Of a DNA stretch of 64,000 nucleotides, positions 53,377-64,000 are shown in pieces. Under the pieces are notes generated by a model. The model was not told the DNA's origin and did not search any database. It was given only the letters and a program-made list of their open reading frames with translations. Positions within the stretch are counted from its first letter, which is position 1, and each line of letters starts with the position of its first letter. Origin of the DNA: the human T2T-CHM13v2.0 reference genome, Homo sapiens. The DNA is taken from the NCBI RefSeq assembly GCF_009914755.1, contig NC_060937.1; one strand, 5' to 3'. The position numbers and the translations under genes are program-made.

Positions 53377-56300
53377 GCATTCTAGGGATGCCACAGAAAA
53401 CAAAACTTGAAAGATATGGATAAATTCGAAGTTTTCTTTTCTATGGCATCCCATTCTTATTGATGTAATATCTCCTGTGTCTCTTTTAGGTAAATAATAA
53501 AATCTATTTTTAAAAAACATGCTTTTCCACTGACATAATATCAGAATCCTCCAAATTGCTTTTTTTAGATAATTGTTTTGTTCTCCTTTCCTATCATATG
53601 TTTTATACATATATCTGGCAATTCTTTGCTATCTGTTCCTACTTAAAAGTGGAAAGTAGAAATCTGATATGGCAGACCTGTCACTGTGATCTTACTTTTT
53701 AGGCAACTTAGTCAGAGTCTTTTCTTGGGAACATCCTATATGTTAGTATGTACAAGCTTCTTATCTTTTCTGATACCCCATGGAAGCCTCTTCCACACAA
53801 CTGACTGCTAGGTATGCCACTAGCACACTGGAGATGAGCAGAAAAAGAATACCTGAGTCACAGCATCTGGTACGAGAGCATTGTCCAATCCTTTGATTTT
53901 ATAAACTACTCTCTCCTCTCCAGTCGCTCTTGTTTCCTCTCATCTCTCTTGCAATTATTTTTATTTTAACCCTATCCAGGGGATAAAAATCTTTTGCCTG
54001 GGAGGAGACAGATCAGTTAACCTGCTGAAAGGATAAATAATTCAGGGATTCTTAAAAATACTCTAATTCAATTATCTTGATTTATTTCTATACTTCTCCT
54101 TTCAGAGGAAATGGTATGGTTCATTACAAAGCTTTTTTTATTGGTGGAGGGCATTCTAAGATGAAAGTTATGCTGTTTTCATTTTTTTTTTTTTGTATGG
54201 TAGGTTAAGGATTTTCTGGTTTACATTATTTTGTTATTGCTGTCCCCTCTTCCACTCTCAATCTCTGGATGGTATTTATATGGTATTTTTTAAAAGTACA
54301 TTTACTGATGTATAGTTTACTAATGTAAATACATTTAATAATGTTAGGACAGTTTCAGTAAGTGAAGGGAGGTAAATATGTTTGCTTAATCTACCATACT
54401 TAATAACAAATCTTCGCTCAATATACTTTTGTAGTTTTTTGATAAATCCATTGTTCAAATCCTTTATTATGTAGAAGATTCAATGAGCATTTAACAGATT
54501 TTTCAGAGATATGTTAAGAGAAGAGATATTGTTTAGAGACTGATTCTAAAAATCTGTTTCTGAGTATAAAAATACTTGGTTTTAATTATTTTTTGGAAGT
54601 TAAGAATACAGAAAATCTAAGAAAGTTGATCCTTCTCACCCACAGTGTTACCACAGTTAATATATGCCAACAAACAGTGAGACCATGTTTTACTTTCCAA
54701 TATAATTTTTTAGGCTAATACAGTATGTAGCTAATAAAATTTATATAACCAGCATTTCAATTGATGATGTATAATTACAAGTTTGTGAACAAAATAATTG
54801 AATAACACTGTTTTAATAAATAAGTGTTATTCTTCCGTAGAGATATATCAATAAGCATATACATCTATTATTATTTATGCTGAATATTTAGAGTTTTTCC
54901 AAAGTTGTACTGTGAAAATCATTTTTACATTTAAGAAATATCATTGAACTCAGTTGATAATTAATACTAAAAACAACTCTTGTCAGAAAGATCAATGTAT
55001 AAAGTCAAATTATATTTGGTAATCAGTTTTTAAATTGTATTTCTTTAGTTCAGATAACTACACATAGCTTATGAATCAATGTAGTTATCTATGGGTATGT
55101 TTTGACATTACTTCATCTCATTGGCTTGAAGAAGAAATTATTTTGCATATAAATAGGAGCTCAAAGGGAGCGCTATAATGCTTCTTTGCAGTTCTTGTAG
55201 ACAATTGCTTAAAAAATTAACTGGGTCTAAGTCATTTTGATTTTTAGTGTAACATTTTAAAGACACCACGGGAAATGTATTCATGTATACAGTAGATTCA
55301 AAACTGCTTCCTATAGGAAATTTGGGGTTTGCATTCTCTCGTTCTTATGAACTTCCCCGGAGTTTTTTTAAAAACTTGAGGCTTCAAGTTAAACTTTTCA
55401 ATTTTCATTATGATTTGTACCACTTGATTATTTTTTGTGTTAAGCATATGGGTTTACCTTCAAACAACAAGATAAGTTATAAGTAAGAACATCACTGAAA
55501 GCACAATTTCAAATCATCAAGCATGCAGTTCTATAAAAAATCTGATTGACAAAAATAATGTTTATGAAAGGTGGTTGTATATGCAATCTCTTTTTTTGGA
55601 ATATAAATTTATGTTCTTTAAATATGGTTATTTAATCAAATTAATTCACCAACAGATTTGCCTTTTGGTGGGGAAACATTAACATTTTTCTTGACAACAA
55701 GAAAAGGCCACATGAAAACATATTTATATTGTAATACAAATGTTTAATACACTTTTAGTGCATTATTTATGATTCCATATATAAGCCACATATGAACATT
55801 TTTTTCAAACAATTAGGTGCTCTGAAGATCTAATATGAATGTCATGAAAAGGTATCATGAATGTCTTATCATTGTCCCATCTGCAGTTTTATTTATAATG
55901 TGTGTTTAATACATATTTTAGAAAAAATAAAAAGAATAATTGTATTTGATTGTATGCATTTTTGCTTGACAATTATTTCAGCCTTAATGTCAAAAATAAT
56001 GATATGGATAAATGAGGTTTCAGTGTTATTGAAGTAGAACAGATTGGGACAGAGGAAAGAGAGAGAGGTAAAAAGAAATTGTTGCTTTACTCTTACAGTT
56101 ATGGTGGAGGCCGATAACTGCCTTCACTTGTTACCTCTCAAGTGTTTCTACAATTTAACATCATTTAGTAAACGTGAGAATTATGCTCATTAGATGACCA
56201 CTTACATTATTTAGTAATAGTTTGTGTAACTTGGTTTCATTCATAGTTTTGTTCTATTTTGTGTACTCTTGAAATTCTCTGTGATTTTAAAGCATGTTAA

Positions 56301-57452
56301 GCTAGACAATATTTTTTTCATAATCATTGCTCCGAGTCCTCTTAAAAATTAATTCAAATAATAAAGAATAGTTAGAAAAATCTCCACTAATGCACATTTT
56401 ACTGTCATTTCCCATTTGGAAAAGGGAGAAATATTAGCTAAAGATATATTAAATAGCTATGGTGACGCATCTTCAGTCAGCTTCAGTCTGCTTCTGTTTA
56501 GTATAACAAAAAACATAGACAATCCTCCCAAGTATGTAAGTTAGACAAAATGGGAGATATTTTAGTTTATAAAGCCTATGTCAGTGTTTGTAATTTCTGC
56601 ATCTTGCCATGTATTTTTATTCAGAATGCATCATTGATTTGAATGGGCAATTCCGTATATGGATTGATGGTATGATATGGTGAATAGCTCTAAAAAGAAC
56701 CTAAATACAAAATAGCTTGTGGCTAAATGCTTTATCTAAAACATTAATCCATCTGTTCAAATTAAGCCAATATATGTCTCAAGAAAATAAACTACAAGTA
56801 AATAAAACTGAATGATGAAATAATGACTAGATTCTCTCTGGGACAAATGTGTTGTGGATATAAAAACATCACTGCTTTTTTTTTTTAGCCTATTCTGAAA
56901 GGCTGTTTCTATGGTTTTTCACATTTAAAATGGCTGTCTTGAGATAAACACGTCAGTCGTGATAAAGTTGCACTGAATTATTTTAATTTTACATTATTCT
57001 ATAAAATGGGCCATAAATACATACAAATATATTCTGTGACACATTCTATATGAATCTTAGAAGTTATCAGCAGTACACATTACATCCTATTCTCCTCCTA
57101 CATGAAGAGTGGGCAATTGGCACATCCAGATAGAGCAGGTGGTTGTGAAAGGAGTGCCAAGCCAGAATGTGGAACGTTTGTAGACATCTGCTATTCTTTT
57201 CTGCTACCCCAGGTCACTGATACGAAATAAATGAATTTATCTTATGACTTTTGAAGCCTATTATACACTGGCCTTTAAAAGTTGAAGTCATATACAGGGT
57301 TCTATTTGCAAATCTGAAATGATTTTTAATATTTGTGTTGCATAAGTAATGCATAATACAAGATAACATTTTCCCCCAGTATGTCAATTTCAGAGGTGAA
57401 AAATTTGAAGAAGACATAACTAGAGGGTAAAGCTTGGGTGTTTGGCTGACAC

Positions 57453-57593
57453 CTTGAAAGTAAACTACCTATCAGGAATTATGCTTATTACCTGGGTGGC
57501 AAAATAATCTGTACACCAAGCCCCATGACACACAATTTACCTATATAACAAGCCTGCACATGTAAACCCGAACCCAAAGTAAAAGTTAAAAAA
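57453..57593 (+). mobile_element. L1PA16-like 3'-end fragment
   Basis: Reads 'atgcttattacctgggtggcaaaataatctgtacaccaagccccatgacacacaatttacctatataacaa'. Confidence 0.85.
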
Positions 57594-57679
57594 GGGAAAT
57601 ATTTTAAAAAGAATGTATTCTCAAAAGAGGGCTAAGGCTAAGGACATAGAGGAAAGGTGTAAGTTAATATTTCATAGAA

Positions 57680-59710
57680 TATCCCCCTTTTCTTGGTGTC
57701 CAGAATACTGTCCCCTGGTTCTCTTCTTTGTCAGATAAGTAATCAATACTCTCTCTCTTTTCTTCTGCCAAATCCTACACATTTCATATCCTTCATATTT
57801 CTGTTCTTGGTCATTTTATATTCTTTCCTTATTGAAGGGGGCTTTTATCATCTCTTGAACCATTCAATACTCTATACTTAGAACAGCTAAAATTTTATTC
57901 ATGGCCTTGATATTCCTCCTATCTCCAGTATATGAATTTAGGCAGAATGTAAATAAGAGAGAATAAATTGCTGCATAAATGCCCTACAGGTAATTTCAAA
58001 TTCAAAGTGAGCAATTATATCCATTTTTTTATTATTATTATACTTTAAGTTTTAGGGTACATGTGCACATTGTGCAGGTTAGTTACATACGTATACATGT
58101 GCCATGCTGGTGCACTGCACCCACTAACTCGTCATCTAGCATTAGGTATATCTCCCAATGCTATCCCTCCGCCCTCCCCCCACCCCACAACAGTCCCCAG
58201 AGTGTGATGTTCCCCTTCCTTTGTCGATGTGATCTCATTGTTCAATTCCCACCTATGAGTGAGAATATGCGGTGTTTGGTTTTTTGTTCTTGCGATAGTT
58301 TACTGAGAATGGTGATTTCCAATTTCATCCATGTCCCTACAAAGGACATGAACTCATCATTTTTTATGGCTGCATAGTATTCCATGGTGTATATGTGCCA
58401 CATTTTCTTAATCCAGTCTATCACTGCTGGACATTTGGGTTGGTTCCAAGTCTTTGCTATTGTGAATAATGCCGCAATAAACATACGACATTTATGCAGC
58501 CAAAAAACACATGAAAAAATGCTCATCATCACTGGCCATCAGAGAAATGCAAATCAAAACCACAATGAGATACCATCTCACGCCAGTTAGAATGGCAATC
58601 ATTAAAAAGTCAGGAAACAACAGGTGCTAGCGAGGATGTGGAGAAATAGGAACACTTTTACACTGCTGGTGGGACTGTAAACTAGTTCAACCATTGTGGA
58701 AGTCAGTGTGGCGATTCCTCAGGGATCTAGAACTAGAAATACCATTTGACCCAGCCATCCCATTACTGGGTATATACCCAAAGGACTATAAATCATGCTG
58801 CTATAAAGACACATGCACACGTATGTTTATTGCGACATTATTCACAATTATATCCATTTCTTTTGCCAAATCTATTCCTAGTTTTATCTTTCCCATCTTA
58901 AGAGTATTATCAGCTATTCATTGGCTGAAGCAAAAATAATTGTCCAAATGTGTCAGTTCCAAAATTGTAAGTTACTCAATTATCTATATTCCCTTACTAA
59001 ATGTTAACTATATTCCCTTACTAAAACATATCCTGCAAAAGTCTTCTCTCCCTTCAGCATCCCTAACCCCCTTAGCAGATCCTTTGTATTTCTCATGAAT
59101 AATTGCAACATAACCGTCTTACAGCTGTGATTTTATTATTTCTTCTCAATCCATTCACCATATTGCTGCCAGAATTTTCACTTAAAAATGCCAGATTCAG
59201 TTGTCGCTTTTCTGCTTCAAATCTTTCCATTTTTCTTAATTATTTTTGAATAAATTAAAAGGATTCTACCTAGCATAGACTAAGTTATTCTCATTTTCTT
59301 CCCTTTATCTCCCCATCCTAAAACATAGCCACACTGAATTAGTGGCAATTTTCTCACATGTGCCATGATTTATGTATCTTTTAAATTGTGAGTCCTTTGT
59401 CTTTTCTTGATATATCTCTTTAAATTTGGTAAATCTGATGAACGCATATGATAAACACCTATTTCAAACTCAAATTCAAGTGTCATATTTCCTCTGTAGT
59501 GTTTTCAATAGCACTGCACCAATTCAGTTCTGCACCTCTATTTTCCCAACAGGATAGGGCAATCTCCAATTTTCACAGCTGACAGTAACTATATGCTTAA
59601 GTGGCAGGCAGACTCACTAGATGGTAAACACCTAGAGTACAGGAATCATTTAAAAATCATGTTTGTATGTCCTATGTGCCCATTGCAGGCACTTAATAGA
59701 TATTACTCAT
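57680..59710 (+). mobile_element. Degenerate L2, interrupted by L1PA2
   Basis: Pyrimidine-rich L2 motifs ('caatccattcaccatattgctgccagaatt', 'gccacactgaatt') and a terminal 'gcaggcacttaataga'. Confidence 0.55.
58027..58844 (-). mobile_element. Young L1PA2-like LINE-1, 5'-truncated and 5'-inverted (3' part 58027-58487 on -, inverted part 58488-58848 on +)
   Basis: 15-bp TSD caattatatccattt (58012-58026 / 58845-58859, first 4 nt shared with L1); 'cccactaactcgtcatctagcattagg' (GAG type). Confidence 0.95.
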
Positions 59711-59748
59711 TGAAAAAAACTGAGCTTGTGACTTTTCCAGTTAAAATG

Positions 59749-59777
59749 AAAAAAAAAAAAAAAAAAAAAAAAAAAAA
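59749..59777. repeat. Pure A29 tract
   Basis: Read directly from the sequence. Confidence 0.95.
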
Positions 59778-61569
59778 CAATACCAAGCATCTTCCCAGAA
59801 AAGAGTGAAAAACGAGCTTGGTGTCCCAAACAACATTCTTCCTATCAACAAAATGGGCTCTAATATCCAAAGGCAAACTCTCATAGAGCACTCACCTAAC
59901 AGCTTTAGAATTACTCAGACTGAAATTTATCCACATTACAGAGCACTTTAAGGGGTGCCTATGGAAGGAAATATATACTATAAAACCAAATTCTCATCTC
60001 TTCACTGTGTGCAACTCAGTGATAACTGGACTGTTAGAAAGAAAACATTTTGTATGGTTTCTAAGACTTCTGAGTAGTTTTTGTGCTGTTTCAAAGTAAT
60101 TTAGCTCTGGGGAGGAAGCAGAAGCAACAATCATCAGGCCAGGATCAAAATTAATAGGCTCCGTATTGGCCAGACACAGCTCTTTACTCAGAGTTCTTGC
60201 CAGAGTCAAATGTAACATTTCTTTACTTCTAACTTTGATTGTCTTCAGGGACCATCATTGAAAGATGTGCGAGTTGCAAAGTATTAGTTATCTCATTCAA
60301 CCCATCAAAAAGCAAAGAATAGTATTTTAGGTAAATGAAAACAATATGGATCCTGAAATCTGAAAGGAAAATTCTTAAAGAATAATAAGGAAAAGACCAA
60401 AATAGAAATAAACGAAAGAGGAATATTTAACAACTTACCATTTCTTACCCATGTCTGCAATAATTTTCATTAACTATTATACTCTTAGTGTCTTTCTAAA
60501 TACAGTAACAAAGGTAAGAATTTTGCTCCTTACTTACAAATCTGTACTAGGAGTAATTGTAGTTCTTTTAAAATGGTTTATTTTTTCCACGCCTTCCTCA
60601 CTTAAGTCAGTGGTAGGATTTACATATAATACCATTTATAGCACACATTTGTGGAATCAATTGTACTGTTTGATTTAATGGCTTATTTCACATTTTACTT
60701 CATGGATTATTTCCTTAGTCAAATGTTTATTTTATGTTCAATAATAAAGATGAATGAGAAAAAAATTATTACTCAGTTTCTATTGTATTTTCTCTCTTGA
60801 TTTTTTCCCCTAAGATCTTTGAGTAATAATTCATTTTTGGTAATTATATTTAGATCAATAATCATAAGGTAAAAATTGGAAATTTTATCCAGGAGAAGGA
60901 ATAAAGAGCAAAAATGGAAGATATGAAAAAATTGAAACATATGTAGAATACATGGCTCAGTGTGGGATTGAAAGCAAACATTTTATTCAAGACATTTTAC
61001 TTAATAATATTAGTGATTTCCATTGGTGGGAATGTCAGAATCTCATCTATACCATCATACCATCAGTATTACACTATGATGTTCCTTTGACTAAATTTAA
61101 TAAAAAATACTTAAATTTTTATTTGATTCATTTATTTAATATCTAAATTTATCATTTAAACCATTTTAATCCCCATCATGTTTGCTGGTTTAAAATAATT
61201 AGCTGTGTCATAAAGGTAAATATGGCATTCCAACCCAATAAAAGTGAAAAAAAGAAAAAAGCTCTAAACTCTTTTTTTATTCATGTAATACCAAGGAACT
61301 GACTTAACAGTTCCTCTTGCTTCTGTGGCCCTTAGTGAAGTTATCTTTCTAAAATTAATTATTTCACTAATCCTGTTGGCGTTTTTCTACACAATCCTTA
61401 CCCCAGATTTTCACACTATCTTGCATATAATATTAGAGAATAACAATTTTATAGTGTTTTATACTTGCTTGCATATCTGCTGTTTGACTCTAAGCAGTTT
61501 GTCTTTGAGTTATGTATCTTTATTGTCTAGCCTATGACTGACATTAAAAGTGAAAAAAATCATTGGTAA

Positions 61570-61913
<344 letters not shown>

Positions 61914-63029
61914 ATAAATGTTAATTTTAATGATAGCTATGGGAGGTGGGACACGGCAACTCTCAGAAGAGATTGTCTACAAATGCTTAGTCATGACAGG
62001 ACATTTTTTCTCTACATTTTCTCTCCACAAAAATTTCTTAATTGTCCCTTTTTAAATCTTCCTGAAAAACTATTACTATTTGCCAGAGGTAGCATTAAAC
62101 AGAGATAGATCTTTTTATTGTATTTTATTTTTTAATAGGAACTGTTGGCAAATAAATGTATAGTACATATGAAAGACCATGTCCTTTTCTATGAAGAAAA
62201 AGACAAATTTAATAGCACTGTGTGTGTCTTATCTCAATGTGCACCATTCTTCCCAGGTTAGAGAAGAATTTTCCTATAAAACCACATTATGTTTCCAGTT
62301 ATTCCTAGACACACACAGGAACGGTAAAGTCATGGACACACAAGTCCTGATCTTACAAAGTGTATGTAATTATTGGCAATATATTGATGTCAAATAATAA
62401 TGCACAAAACAAAAAATATGATAGAGCATTTACTATATTTCCTGTGAAGTATTCTAAGACTCTCTATGTGATCACTTCTTGGAGAATTTATTTTGTATAC
62501 TAAGAACAGCAAAATCATCTCAATTTCTCTTCATGTAGGGGCAAAACAATTTGTTCCTGCTTTTATTTTTTTAAGTCAATTTTTTTCTGTCTATGTAGTC
62601 AACATATATTGAAGATTATTCTTCAGGTAATTTGTATAATAAATATATGATTATATTTTATAAATGTGTATCATGATACATGTATCCACATTTACAAATA
62701 TGCATCTATTCCTGTGTATAGCTTTAAATGGTTTTTGTTTCCTTCTCAATAAAGTTATTTCCCTTTCTTCTGAATCCTTTATTGGTCTATTGTCATTGGA
62801 TTTTACACTTACAAAAATGCCTTCCTCCACCAACTTAAATTCCCCCTTCCAAGGATTACTTCGCTTTGGTTATTTCAGTAACACTGGAGAACATACTCTA
62901 CAAAATGAATGGGAAAAAAGTGAGGTTGGAGTGGTACATAGGAGCCAGGACATAAAAACACACGAAAGACACATTTATGAGTTAATTTTTTCTAAGATAA
63001 ATTTTAAAAATCAATAATATTTTGGTGGT

Positions 63030-63478
<449 letters not shown>

Positions 63479-63692
63479 CTAAGGCAAAGTTGATTCTTGA
63501 CGTAACATAATGATGTGGCAGGTGTCACAGAGAATAGGCATGGATTTATGAGATTTAAATGTTGAAAGAGGGAGAAATACTTGATACCTGTTAGGTTTCC
63601 ATCTTGCTAACTTCATGGATGACAGTAGTATACACAGAGTTAGAGAACAAAGGAATAAAAACTTGTATGGAGAACAGTAACTTGAAAGATTT

Positions 63693-64000
63693 TATCTTAG
63701 TTTAGGTTGCCTCTAGAAACAGATGCTGAGGAAATTCAAGTAGCTAATTTGGAAGACGATTTTAGGAAATACTGATAGGTGAGGAGAAACTGAAATAGGG
63801 ATGAAATGCAGCAATGAAGGAGTTGTTATCTGAAAATTATTGCTTAAGTTACTATATCCAGTTTCCAGTAGAAAACTGGATCTTGATCCTGCTGGGAAAT
63901 TGTGGGGCTCTCCATGTGTAAAACAGGCACACCATTGTTATCTCAACTGGGAGAAAAGGAAGCTAATATATTTAAAGATCACACAGCTATGTTATTTATA
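63693..64000 (-). mobile_element. Old ERVL LTR (LTR33-like), running off the window edge
   Basis: 'tcttagtttaggttgcctctagaaacagatgctgag...gatcttgatcctgctgggaa' resembles the recalled antisense LTR33 3' end. Confidence 0.55.

Overview
This is an AT-rich, CpG-poor primate (human or great-ape) genomic window made up mostly of interspersed repeats. I found no credible protein-coding gene. The ORFs I could identify are degraded L1 ORF2, THE1, Alu or simple-repeat translations, and the rest resemble no protein I recognise. The window holds two full-length THE1 (MaLR) proviruses, one inside an old Alu and one carrying a nested THE1B solo LTR. It also holds several solo LTRs, about ten L1 insertions from L1MC to L1PA2 age, nine Alu/FLAM copies, MIR/L2 relics, a Tigger3a-like MITE and a 3'-truncated 5S rRNA retropseudogene. 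I did not find a new multi-gene system. The most unusual structure is at 13.3-15.9 kb. There a young twin-primed (5'-inverted) L1PA2 sits inside an older twin-primed L1, its inversion point matches the L1 position of its target, and a perfect inverted copy of the target site lies directly beside it. Subfamily names come from recalled consensus features and need RepeatMasker/Dfam confirmation.
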